Assembly: GCA_963793865.1 (NCBI GenBank)
Contig: CAWCBP010000006.1
Coordinates: 160,001-224,000, forward strand
Direction of reading: 5' to 3'
DNA from: an uncultured delta proteobacterium
GTDB taxonomy: Bacteria; Desulfobacterota; WTBG01
DNA length: 64,000 nt
Below, one piece after another: positions 49,157 to 58,282 of this stretch; positions within the stretch are counted from its first letter, which is position 1; each line of letters begins with the position of its first letter. A program made the translations under genes and the position numbers. The notes under the pieces were generated by a model. That model had not been told where the DNA came from. It did not search any database and saw nothing but the letters and a program-made list of their open reading frames with translations.

Positions 49157-51733
49157 ATGCAGATGAAAGATTACCTGTCCCTGGTAAGCCATCCCAGCCG
49201 CTACCTGGGGGGCGAAATCAACTCGGTCAGAAAGGACCTGTCGCAGGTGGACCTGAAGGTCTGCCTCGCCTTTCCTGATGTGTACGAAGTGGGCATGTCC
49301 CATCTCGGGCTGCAGATACTCTACCACCTGCTCAACGCCTGCCCGAACATTGCCGCCGAACGGGTGTATGCCCCCGGCCTGGATATGGAGGGGGTGATGC
49401 GCGAAAATGGCATCCGGCTCACCTCCCTGGAGTCGCGCCACCCCGTCAGCGGCTTTGACCTGGTGGGATTTTCCCTGCAGTACGAGCTGAGCTACACCAA
49501 TGTGCTGGCCATGCTTGACCTGGCGGGGATCCCGCTTTATGCCGCACAGAGGGGTGAGGACAGCCCGCTGGTCATCGCCGGCGGCCCCTGCTGTTTTAAC
49601 CCCGAACCGCTGGCCGATTTTTTTGACGCCATGCTTGTCGGCGACGGCGAAGAGGCACTTCCCGAGATGTGCGAGTGCATAATCCGGGCGCGGCGGGAGA
49701 AACTGTCCAGGCAGGTTGTCCTGCAGCTGCTCTCGCAAATAGAAGGCGTGTATGTCCCGGGCTTTTTTGAGGCGGCCTACCGGGGGGACGGGACGCTGGA
49801 AGCAATGATACCCCTCAGGCCGGGATACGAGGGGGTGAAAAAAAGATGGGTCAGATCATTAGACGCAACGCCGCTGATCCGTGCACCGCTGGTGCCCTAT
49901 AAGAAAATTGTGCATGACCGCCTGAGCCTGGAAATCGCCCGGGGATGCACGAGAGGCTGCCGCTTCTGCCAGGCGGGCATTATTTACCGCCCGGTGCGTG
50001 AGCGCGGCCTGCGCACCATCGAGAAGATGGTGGAGCTGTGCCTTGCCGGCAGCGGCTTTGATGAGCTTTCCCTGGCTTCTTTAAGCACCGGCGACTTCAG
50101 CTGCATTGACGAACTGCTCACCGACCTGATGCGTCGCTACGCGTCGGAGAAGGTGGCCGTTTCCTTCCCCTCGCTGCGATCGGAGACCCTGACCCCGCGC
50201 CTGATCGAAGAAATTAAGAAGGTGAGGAAAACCGGTTTTACCATTGCCCCGGAAGCGGGAACGGACCGGCTGCGGCGCGTCATCAACAAGGGAAACCGGG
50301 AAGAGGAAATACTGGAGACGGTGCGGAACGTATTCGACGCCGGGTGGAACGGCATCAAGCTCTATTTCATGATAGGCCTTCCCACCGAACAGCAGGAGGA
50401 CCTGGAGGGAATAATAGCCCTCGCCGGCAAAATCCGCGCGCTGGCCCGCAGCGGCGGCAAAAGCAGGAGCGTTGCCGTGAGCGTCTCAACCTTTGTGCCC
50501 AAGCCCCACACCCCCTTCCAGTGGGAGGGACAGATAAGCATTGAGGAGATGAGCCGGAAGCAGGAGTTCCTGAAGCGCGAAATCAGAAGGCTGAAGCTGG
50601 ACTTCAAATGGCAGGATGTGTACATGAGCCATCTTGAGGGCATATTTGCCCGGGGGGACAGGAGGCTTGCCCCGGCGGTTGAACGGGCGTACCGCCTGGG
50701 GTGCAGGTTTGACGGCTGGAGCGAGCACCTGGACCGGGAAAAATGGGAAGCGGCATTGGGCGGCATTGATGCCGGCTTTTACACCGGGCGGGCGCGGCCG
50801 CCCGGGGAGGTTTTTCCCTGGGACCACATTGATTGCGGGATTGCAAAAAGCTATCTCCGCGATGAGTACCGGAAAGCGCTGCAGGGGCTCTTTACGCCGG
50901 ACTGCAGGACCGGGGCATGCAACGCCTGCGGCATATGCACCGAAGACCCGGGTGTGCAAAGGGCCTCTGCGGGGGAAGTGTCTCGCGGTGTCGGCAACGG
51001 GAAGGAAGGGGCGCAGTCCGCACCTTCCGGAGCAGGAGGCGGGCGGCGGACTGCGAATGCCGCCGGTTACAGGAGACTGCGCTTGCGTTTTTCCAAGCTC
51101 GGGGACGGGCGTTTCCTGGGTCACTTGGAACTGGTTACCCTTTTTGCCAGGGCGGTGAAACGGGCGCTGATTCCGGTCAGGTTTTCTGAAGGGTTTCACC
51201 CCCTGCCGCGAATCATTTTCGGGCCCGCGCTGCCGGTGGGCATGGAGAGTGAATGCGAATATGTGGATGTGGAAATTACCGGCGGTGGTGACTGCGGTGC
51301 AATGGCGGCATCTTTAAACCGGACCCTCCCTGACTGGATACGAATCCATGAGGCCCGGGAAATTTCATTGAAATGCCCGGCACTTTCTGATAGTATACAA
51401 AGCGTTCGCTATGCGGTAGCCCTTGAAAAGGGCATCGAAAAATTGTCAAGGCATAACAATTGGTTAAAGAGCAAAATTGATGCGTTTTCTCAAGAGGCGA
51501 CTAGGCCTGTTGCGGTAAGAAGCAAGCGGGGAATGGCGAACATCGATCTGAAGCAGTGGGTGGAAGATCTTGTCCCCAACGGGGAAGACGGGCTGGAGAT
51601 GGCGGTTAAAATGAGCGGCAGCAAAACCATCAGGCCCTCTGAAATTTTGGAAGCTGTTTTTGATCTTTCCCGGGACGAGCTGCAGCGCACCCGGGTGAAA
51701 AAAATCGGCGTCCGCTTCGTGCAGGCGCCTTGA
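49157..51733 (+). CDS. TIGR03960-type B12-binding-like radical SAM protein fused to a TIGR03936/DUF2344 domain
   Basis: PSRYLGGE.N, FPDVYEVGMSHLG, RGCTRGCRFCQAG, FVPKPHTPFQW; C-terminal RFLGHLE, FSEGFHP.P, ALPVG.ES..EY. Confidence 0.9.
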   Translation: MQMKDYLSLVSHPSRYLGGEINSVRKDLSQVDLKVCLAFPDVYEVGMSHLGLQILYHLLNACPNIAAERVYAPGLDMEGVMRENGIRLTSLESRHPVSGFDLVGFSLQYELSYTNVLAMLDLAGIPLYAAQRGEDSPLVIAGGPCCFNPEPLADFFDAMLVGDGEEALPEMCECIIRARREKLSRQVVLQLLSQIEGVYVPGFFEAAYRGDGTLEAMIPLRPGYEGVKKRWVRSLDATPLIRAPLVPYKKIVHDRLSLEIARGCTRGCRFCQAGIIYRPVRERGLRTIEKMVELCLAGSGFDELSLASLSTGDFSCIDELLTDLMRRYASEKVAVSFPSLRSETLTPRLIEEIKKVRKTGFTIAPEAGTDRLRRVINKGNREEEILETVRNVFDAGWNGIKLYFMIGLPTEQQEDLEGIIALAGKIRALARSGGKSRSVAVSVSTFVPKPHTPFQWEGQISIEEMSRKQEFLKREIRRLKLDFKWQDVYMSHLEGIFARGDRRLAPAVERAYRLGCRFDGWSEHLDREKWEAALGGIDAGFYTGRARPPGEVFPWDHIDCGIAKSYLRDEYRKALQGLFTPDCRTGACNACGICTEDPGVQRASAGEVSRGVGNGKEGAQSAPSGAGGGRRTANAAGYRRLRLRFSKLGDGRFLGHLELVTLFARAVKRALIPVRFSEGFHPLPRIIFGPALPVGMESECEYVDVEITGGGDCGAMAASLNRTLPDWIRIHEAREISLKCPALSDSIQSVRYAVALEKGIEKLSRHNNWLKSKIDAFSQEATRPVAVRSKRGMANIDLKQWVEDLVPNGEDGLEMAVKMSGSKTIRPSEILEAVFDLSRDELQRTRVKKIGVRFVQAP

Positions 51734-51773
51734 AAATCACATTATTTTAAACCATACGCTCGAGAGATGTTCT

Positions 51774-53303
51774 ATGTCATCGGAACTGGTCATTAATGTT
51801 ACCTCCAAGGAGACGCGCATCGCGCTTATCGAAAACGGGCTGCTTGCGGAACTGTACATAGAAAGAGGTTCTGACAGGGGGGTTGCCGGCAACATTTACA
51901 AGGGCAGGGTGATACGGGTGCTTCCCGGCATGCAGTCGGCCTTCGTGGATATCGGGTTGAGCCGGTCCGCCTTTCTCTATGTTGCCGATGTCTACGAAGA
52001 TTATGACGGGCTGGAGCTGATGATCGGGGCCGCTTCCCCCGAGGGAAAGGCGGCTGCCGGGGAGGGGGAGGAGCAATATCCCCTGGCGCCCTCCCGCAGC
52101 AACGCCCTGATCGAGGACATGCTGCACGAAGGCCAGGAGGTGTTGGTGCAGATCTCAAAGGAGCCCATCGGCACAAAAGGGGCGAGGGTCACCACCCACA
52201 TCTCCCTGCCCGGCCGCTACCTGGTGCTCATGCCCACCATGGATCACGTGGGCATTTCGCGGCGCATAGAAAATGAAGATGAGCGGAAGCGGCTCAAGGA
52301 GCTGCTGGCGCCGATAAAGCCTCCGGGAATGGGATTTATCGTCAGGACCGCCAGCGAGGGGAGCAGCGGGGATGATTTCGTTCTGGACATAAATTTTCTG
52401 CTGAAGCTGTGGGAAAGCATTCAGCAGCGGAGGGTCAATGCCACCGCCCCGAGCGTCATCCACTGCGAGCTGGACATCTGCCTGCGGGCAATCCGGGACC
52501 TCTATACCAAGGGCGTTGAGAAAGTGGTGGTGGACTCCGAGAAGGAATACGGCCAGATCCTTGATTTTGCCTCCACCTTCATGCCCCAGCTCAAGCACGC
52601 CGTGGAATTGTATGACGCGGAGGAGCCCATTTTTGACGCTTACGGAATCGAGGTTGAAATCAGCCGGGCCCTGGGCAAGAAGGTCTGGCTGAAATCAGGC
52701 GGCTCGATCGTTATCGAGGAAACGGAGGCGCTGACCGCCATTGATGTGAATACCGGGAAGTATGTGGGCAAGGGAAACCCCGAGGACACCATCTTGAAAA
52801 CCAACCTGGAGGCGGTAAAGGAAATTGCCTATCAGCTCCGGCTGCGCAATATCGGCGGCATTATCATTATTGATTTCATCGACATGGAGCGGGAGGGCGG
52901 GCGCGAGCGCGTCTACCAGGCACTCAACGAGGCACTCAAAAAGGACCGGGCGAAGGTAAACATCCTCAGGATATCAGAGCTGGGGCTGGTGGAAATGACC
53001 AGGAAGCGGACGCGTGAAAACTTAAGCCGGATCCTGTGCGAGTCCTGTTCCTATTGTGAGGGCAGGGGGGTGCTCAAGTCAAAAACCACCCTCTGCTTTG
53101 AGATTTTCAGGGAAATAAGGCGCGAGGCCATGAACGTGCCCTCGAAGACCATCGTGGTTTCCCTTCACCCGGCGGTGGCGGATTACATGTATGAAGAGGA
53201 GCGGTATGCCATTGAGGCCCTGGAAAACAGGCTCAAGAAAAAGATCATCATAAAGGTGAGAAGCAGCTTTCACCAGGAGGAATACGAAATAGAGAGCAAA
53301 TAA
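51774..53303 (+). CDS. rng: Ribonuclease G (Rne/Rng family)
   Basis: GNIYKGRV.RVLPGMQSAFVDIG, TAIDVNTG, LRLRNIGGIIIIDFIDM. Confidence 0.93.
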   Translation: MSSELVINVTSKETRIALIENGLLAELYIERGSDRGVAGNIYKGRVIRVLPGMQSAFVDIGLSRSAFLYVADVYEDYDGLELMIGAASPEGKAAAGEGEEQYPLAPSRSNALIEDMLHEGQEVLVQISKEPIGTKGARVTTHISLPGRYLVLMPTMDHVGISRRIENEDERKRLKELLAPIKPPGMGFIVRTASEGSSGDDFVLDINFLLKLWESIQQRRVNATAPSVIHCELDICLRAIRDLYTKGVEKVVVDSEKEYGQILDFASTFMPQLKHAVELYDAEEPIFDAYGIEVEISRALGKKVWLKSGGSIVIEETEALTAIDVNTGKYVGKGNPEDTILKTNLEAVKEIAYQLRLRNIGGIIIIDFIDMEREGGRERVYQALNEALKKDRAKVNILRISELGLVEMTRKRTRENLSRILCESCSYCEGRGVLKSKTTLCFEIFREIRREAMNVPSKTIVVSLHPAVADYMYEEERYAIEALENRLKKKIIIKVRSSFHQEEYEIESK

Positions 53304-53368
53304 TGTGGCATCGAAAATGCCCCCGTTACTCTCCTTGACTGTCGAAAGTATTTGGTTTAATAATTTTC

Positions 53369-53397
53369 TTGACAGAAATAGAAATATTCATTATGTT
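53369..53397 (+). promoter_or_regulatory. Sigma70-type promoter upstream of rplU
   Basis: TTGACA-N17-TATGTT; a second TTGACT at 53335. Confidence 0.55.
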
Positions 53398-53504
53398 AAT
53401 CCCTTTAATAAAAGGCCACGTAAGGTGGTGAGGGGAAAGGGGTAAAAGCCCGGTTTACAGCAGCGGGGCTTTTTAAACGGGTGTGTCGACAAGGACGTGT
53501 AAAT

Positions 53505-53816
53505 ATGTATGCCGTGATCAAAACAGGTGGTAAGCAGTACCGGGTGGCCGAGGGTGACCTGGTCAAGGTTGAGAAGATTGCCGGGGAAATCGGCGATGTG
53601 GTGGAGTTGAAGGAAATTCTGCTGACGGCCAACGGAGACAAGGTTGAGATCGGCAGACCGCATCTGGACCACTGCACCGTGGTGGGAGAGATTGTCGAGC
53701 AGAAGAAGGACAAAAAAGTTGTCATCTTTAAGGCGAAGCGCCGTAAAAGCTACAGGAAAAAACAGGGGCACCGGCAGAATCATACCGTTCTCAGGATTAC
53801 GGCCATAAAGCTGTAG
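53505..53816 (+). CDS. rplU: 50S ribosomal protein L21
   Basis: MYAVIKTGGKQYRV, KRRKSYRKKQGHRQ. Confidence 0.97.
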   Translation: MYAVIKTGGKQYRVAEGDLVKVEKIAGEIGDVVELKEILLTANGDKVEIGRPHLDHCTVVGEIVEQKKDKKVVIFKAKRRKSYRKKQGHRQNHTVLRITAIKL

Positions 53817-53866
53817 CCGCGCCGTCCCCGAAGGGCATCGTGTGTGCTGAGAGGAGGAGTTGATCT

Positions 53867-54241
53867 TTGCGTTATTATGAAATGATTGTCATTGTGCATC
53901 CCAACGTGCCGGAGGAGGAGCTTTCTCTGGTGGTTGACAAGGTTTCCGCGGTGATTAAGCAGAACCAGGGCGAGGTGCTGAAGGTTGATCAGTGGGGAAA
54001 ACGCAAGTGCGCCCACAAAATCAAAAAGTGCCAGAAAGGGTATTATTTTGTCTTTTATCTCACGGCAAATCCGGATCTGCTGGCAGAGGTGGAGAAAACC
54101 CTCCGCTACGATGAAAAGATCCTGCGCCACCAGACGGTAAAAATTGAAAAGGAGAAAATCCAGACCCCGGGCGTGAAGTCTGAAGAGCCGGCGCAGGAGG
54201 AAGCCAAGCCTGCGATTGAGGCCGGTACCGCCGAGGTGTAG
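53867..54241 (+). CDS. rpsF: 30S ribosomal protein S6
   Basis: RYYE.IVIVHP, WGKR...H.IKK...GYY, ILRH; TTG start after GAGGAGG. Confidence 0.93.
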   Translation: MRYYEMIVIVHPNVPEEELSLVVDKVSAVIKQNQGEVLKVDQWGKRKCAHKIKKCQKGYYFVFYLTANPDLLAEVEKTLRYDEKILRHQTVKIEKEKIQTPGVKSEEPAQEEAKPAIEAGTAEV

Positions 54242-54283
54242 CCTGACGGATGATCGCCGTGTGTCAGGGGCCGGGCAGGCAGG

Positions 54284-54622
54284 GTGAAAGAGATCAACCG
54301 GGTCATTCTCACGGGAGAAGTGGTTGCGGATGCCGTCTTCGGCCATACGGCCCGGGGGACGGGAGTTGCCACCTTTACCCTGGTCTTTGTGACTGAGCGG
54401 CATGGCGGGGGAGAGCAGAAGGGCCGCATTGATGTGGTTTGCATGGGCGATGCGGCGGCGGGGTGTGCCGTGATTGCCCGGCGCGCCGAACGGGTAAAGG
54501 TGGAGGGACACCTGCAGCAGCGCAGCTGGAAAACACCCGAGGGTTTTCAGAAAAGCAAGACGGAAATCATGGCTCACACGGTCGAGCCTTTCAAGGCGGA
54601 TGCCGCGCCGGCATCGCAATAG
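54284..54622 (+). CDS. Divergent single OB-fold SSB/PriB-like protein lacking the acidic C-terminal tail
   Basis: NRVILTG, G..VATFTL, V.VEG.LQQRSW, K.EI.A..V; 112 aa; between rpsF and rpsR. Confidence 0.75.
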   Translation: MKEINRVILTGEVVADAVFGHTARGTGVATFTLVFVTERHGGGEQKGRIDVVCMGDAAAGCAVIARRAERVKVEGHLQQRSWKTPEGFQKSKTEIMAHTVEPFKADAAPASQ

Positions 54623-54656
54623 CGCAAACGGGTAACCGGATGAGGGAGGTATTTTT

Positions 54657-54908
54657 TTGAAAAGAAAGCCCTATAAAAACAGAAGGAAAAGAACATTTCA
54701 AAAACACAAGGTATGCAGGTTTTGTGCTGACAGCAACCTTGCCATCGATTATAAGGATTACGGGATGCTACGGTTTTTTGTGTCGGAACGGGGCAAGATC
54801 ATTCCCCGCAGGATTTCGGGGAATTGCGCCCGGCATCAGAGAAGGATTACCAACGCGGTGAAACGGGCGCGCAACATCGCCTTGATACCGTTTTCCGCCA
54901 CCTTCTAA
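54657..54908 (+). CDS. rpsR: 30S ribosomal protein S18
   Basis: KVCRFC, IDYKD, SERGKI.PRR.SG.CARHQR, AVKRAR. Confidence 0.97.
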   Translation: MKRKPYKNRRKRTFQKHKVCRFCADSNLAIDYKDYGMLRFFVSERGKIIPRRISGNCARHQRRITNAVKRARNIALIPFSATF

Positions 54909-54990
54909 GGTGCGCGGTGCAGCTGCCCTGCAGCCGGCGGGTTGAAGGGGCAAGCGGCTTACGTGGTTATTTTTCCAAGCGAGGTGTCAG

Positions 54991-55434
54991 GTGAAAGTTA
55001 TTTTAGTTGAAGATGTGCAGGCCCTGGGGAAAATGGGAGAGCTGGTCAAGGTTGCAGGCGGCTATGGAAGAAACTATCTTATTCCCTACGGGAAGGCCAT
55101 AAAGGCCACCACCCAGAACATGAAGATTCTGGACCATCAGACCAGGCAGCTCAAGGATCAGATCAACAAGATTAAAAGGGACGCGGAGAAGCTGGCCAAG
55201 CGGATTGAGTCGGTTTCCTGCACGGTTGCAAAACCCGCCGGCGAGGAGGAGAAGCTGTTCGGGTCCGTCACCGCCATGGATATTGCTGAAAACCTGCAGC
55301 TGGAAGGCATTTCAGTGGACCGCAGGAAGATCGTTCTGGATGAGCCCATTAAGACGCTTGGCATATACACAATTCCCATAAAACTGCACTCTGAAGTAAC
55401 CGCTCAATTAAAAGTCTGGGTCGTTAAGGCCTGA
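54991..55434 (+). CDS. rplI: 50S ribosomal protein L9
   Basis: KVIL.EDV..LG..G..VKV..GYGRNYLIP, KLFGSVT. Confidence 0.97.
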   Translation: MKVILVEDVQALGKMGELVKVAGGYGRNYLIPYGKAIKATTQNMKILDHQTRQLKDQINKIKRDAEKLAKRIESVSCTVAKPAGEEEKLFGSVTAMDIAENLQLEGISVDRRKIVLDEPIKTLGIYTIPIKLHSEVTAQLKVWVVKA

Positions 55435-55548
55435 TCTGTTTTCCATTTCCCCGTTAGACACGTTTCATCTAATTGCACGCAATTGGAACGGTGACAGCAG
55501 GATATAAGCGGCAGCGGCCGATTGCCTGTGCCCCACCGGCCTGCCTGC

Positions 55549-56928
55549 ATGAGCGCACCGCGACCGTATGGAAGCCCCCAATTACAAAGTCCCCCCCAGA
55601 ATATCGAAGCTGAACAGTCGGTGATCGGCGGCATTCTGCTTGAGAACGAAGCAATCACCACCGTGCTGGAGAACCTGGTGGTTGATGACTTCTACCGCGA
55701 AGCCCACCGAAGCATTTTCCTGGCCATGATTGAGCTTTTTGAAAAAAATGAACCCATTGACCTCATTACTTTAACCAATTATCTGCGGGGTGAGAACCAG
55801 CTGGAGCGCATCGGGGGAAGCGCCTATCTGTCGTCCCTGGTTGACACCACTCCCACTGCCGCCAATATCAGTTACTATGCCAAAATCGTCAAGGAGAAGT
55901 CCATCCTGCGGCGATTGATCAGCACGGCAACCGACATTGTCGCCCGGGGCTATGACGACGACGGCGACGTGGCAGACCTGCTGGACATGGCGGAGAAGAA
56001 TATCTTCCAGATCACCGAGAGCAAGATACGGCCGTCATTTTTCAGCATCAAGAGCATTTTAAAGGAAAGTTTTAAAACCATCGAGAAGCTCTATGAGAGC
56101 AGGGAGATTGTCACCGGCGTCCCCACCGGATATGACGAAATAGACAAGCTGACCTCGGGGTTTCAACCGTCGGACCTGATCATTGTCGCCGGACGCCCCA
56201 GCATGGGCAAAACCTCCTTTTGCCTTAACATTGCCCAGTATGTGGCCATTGAAAAGCACATCCCGGTGGCGATCTTTTCCCTGGAAATGTCCAAGGAGCA
56301 GGTGGTTTTGCGCATGCTCTGTTCCGAGGCCCGGGTGGATGCCCACAAGGTGCGCTCGGGATATTTGGGGGAAACAGACTGGCCCAAACTCACCCGGGCG
56401 GCAGGCACCCTTTCCGAGTCGCCGATCTATATAGATGATACGGCGGCTATTTCCGTGCTGGAAATGCGGGCCAAGGCGCGGCGCCTCATGGCGGAGTGTA
56501 ATCTGGGTTTGGTAATCGTCGATTATTTGCAGCTCATGCGGGGCAGGGGCATCAACAGCAGGGGAAGGGGGGGATCGGACAGCAGGGAGCAGGAAATCTC
56601 CGAAATTTCACGGTCGCTCAAGGCCCTGGCAAAGGAATTGAACATACCGGTGGTGGCGCTTTCCCAGTTGAACCGCCGGGTTGAAGAGCGTCAGAACAAG
56701 CGGCCGCAGCTGGCCGATTTAAGGGAATCAGGGGCCATAGAGCAGGACGCAGACCTTATCGCCTTCATTTACCGGGATGATATTTACAACCGGGACGAGA
56801 ACAACCCCAACAAGGGTGTGGCCGAAATTATCATCGGCAAGCAGAGGAACGGTCCTGTCGGAGATGTGAAGCTTGCGTTTTTGGAAAAGTTTGCCACCTT
56901 TGATAATCTCGCCTGGGTTAAAGAGTAA
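55549..56928 (+). CDS. dnaB: Replicative DNA helicase (no intein)
   Basis: PPQNIEAEQSVIG, AGRPSMGKT, VDYLQLM, LSQLNR, DLRESGAIEQDAD, KQRNGP. Confidence 0.97.
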   Translation: MSAPRPYGSPQLQSPPQNIEAEQSVIGGILLENEAITTVLENLVVDDFYREAHRSIFLAMIELFEKNEPIDLITLTNYLRGENQLERIGGSAYLSSLVDTTPTAANISYYAKIVKEKSILRRLISTATDIVARGYDDDGDVADLLDMAEKNIFQITESKIRPSFFSIKSILKESFKTIEKLYESREIVTGVPTGYDEIDKLTSGFQPSDLIIVAGRPSMGKTSFCLNIAQYVAIEKHIPVAIFSLEMSKEQVVLRMLCSEARVDAHKVRSGYLGETDWPKLTRAAGTLSESPIYIDDTAAISVLEMRAKARRLMAECNLGLVIVDYLQLMRGRGINSRGRGGSDSREQEISEISRSLKALAKELNIPVVALSQLNRRVEERQNKRPQLADLRESGAIEQDADLIAFIYRDDIYNRDENNPNKGVAEIIIGKQRNGPVGDVKLAFLEKFATFDNLAWVKE

Positions 56929-57019
56929 GCTGTTCCTTTTCCCGCCCGCAGCAGCCTTCATTTTTTCCCGCCCCGCGGAAGAGCTTTCGTAAACAGCAGG
57001 ACGGTTCCTTCACAGTTGC

Positions 57020-58108
57020 ATGGAGAAGCCCATGAGATCAGACGGTTACGCAATTATCATGGCAGGCGGAAGAGGGGAGCGGTTCTGGCCTGTGAGCAGC
57101 GATCTGGTGCCCAAGCCCTTTGTTTCGCTCCTCGGGGACAAGACCATGATCCAGGAAACGGTTGAGCGGATCGCGGCGGTCATTCCTCCCCGGAACGTGC
57201 TGCTGGTGCTGTCGGCGCATCATCTGCCCGTGGCGCGTGAGCAGCTGCCGGGCATCCCGGCAGAAAATTTTATCGTGGAACCGATGGGAAGGGATACGGC
57301 AGCCTGCATCGGCCTTGCCTCGCTGCACGTGGAGAAACGGGGCGGCGATGCCCCGGTGGTCATCCTTCCCGCGGATCACCGCATCCCCGGGGAAAAGGCC
57401 TTTGCGGAAAGTATAGCGGCGGCCCTTGCGTTTCTCACATTGCGTGAAGACAGCATCATTACCCTCGGCATCAGGCCGACCCGGCCCGAGACAGGATACG
57501 GCTACCTTGAAGCAGGTGAAAAGCTGGCGCAGTTGCAAAACGTCAGCATGTACAGGGTGACCCGCTTTGTGGAAAAACCCGACCTCCCGGCGGCGGAACA
57601 TTTTCTCCTTTCGGACCGGCATTATTGGAACAGCGGCATGTTTATAGCAGGGAATGCAACCCTGCAGCGAAACCTTGGGGCGCATATGCCTGAGCTCTGG
57701 CGGGGCATGGAGCGCATCAGGGCTGCGCTGGGCACCGGGGAAGAACATGCAGTGGCACAAAGGGAATTTTTTAATTTTAAGAAGGTTTCCATCGATTACG
57801 GGGTGCTGGAGAAATCGAAGCAGGTGTCGGTGATCCCGGCGCACTTCGAGTGGGATGACCTGGGCACCTGGAATGCCCTGGCCCGCGTGTGCGCTCCCGA
57901 TGCCTCCGGCAACGTGGCGGTCGGCAGGCGGGTTGTGCAGGATACCGGCGGCTGTATTATTTATAATACCCAGGATCAGTTGATCGCCACCCTGGGCGTG
58001 AGGGATTTAGTCATCGTCCAGGCGAGAGGGAAGGTCCTCGTCTGCCATAAGGACAAGGCGCCCCTCTTGAAAGAGCTTATGCCCATGCTCGGCGAAGACG
58101 AGCGGTGA
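57020..58108 (+). CDS. Mannose-1-phosphate guanylyltransferase (monofunctional)
   Basis: IMAGG.GERFWP.S, EP.GRDTA, PADH, PETGYGY, FVEKP, WNSGMF, SIDY, WDDLG.W. Confidence 0.92.
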   Translation: MEKPMRSDGYAIIMAGGRGERFWPVSSDLVPKPFVSLLGDKTMIQETVERIAAVIPPRNVLLVLSAHHLPVAREQLPGIPAENFIVEPMGRDTAACIGLASLHVEKRGGDAPVVILPADHRIPGEKAFAESIAAALAFLTLREDSIITLGIRPTRPETGYGYLEAGEKLAQLQNVSMYRVTRFVEKPDLPAAEHFLLSDRHYWNSGMFIAGNATLQRNLGAHMPELWRGMERIRAALGTGEEHAVAQREFFNFKKVSIDYGVLEKSKQVSVIPAHFEWDDLGTWNALARVCAPDASGNVAVGRRVVQDTGGCIIYNTQDQLIATLGVRDLVIVQARGKVLVCHKDKAPLLKELMPMLGEDER

Positions 58109-58161
58109 ATGGACCGGAGGGCAGGGCGGCCCGGGGCGACAAAAATAGTTGATATCTTCTG

Positions 58162-58190
58162 TTGACATATCTTACATTCGTGATTAGTAT
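58162..58190 (+). promoter_or_regulatory. Sigma70-type promoter for dnaK
   Basis: TTGACA-N17-TAGTAT; no CIRCE seen. Confidence 0.55.
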
Positions 58191-58282
58191 TTACGAAATT
58201 TTAAGTTATGGACAGTCGAAACGTGGCAACAGATGATATATTTTAATAATTTGAAGAGGTAGACGAAGGAGGTCTTACGAGT

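Noticed and set aside
53817..53866. S6:S18 autoregulatory leader before rpsF
   Set aside because: I could not find the expected anti-SD stem with an unpaired CCG motif.
55549..56928. Intein in dnaB
   Set aside because: Normal length with contiguous helicase motifs; only a short Gly/Arg-rich loop insertion.
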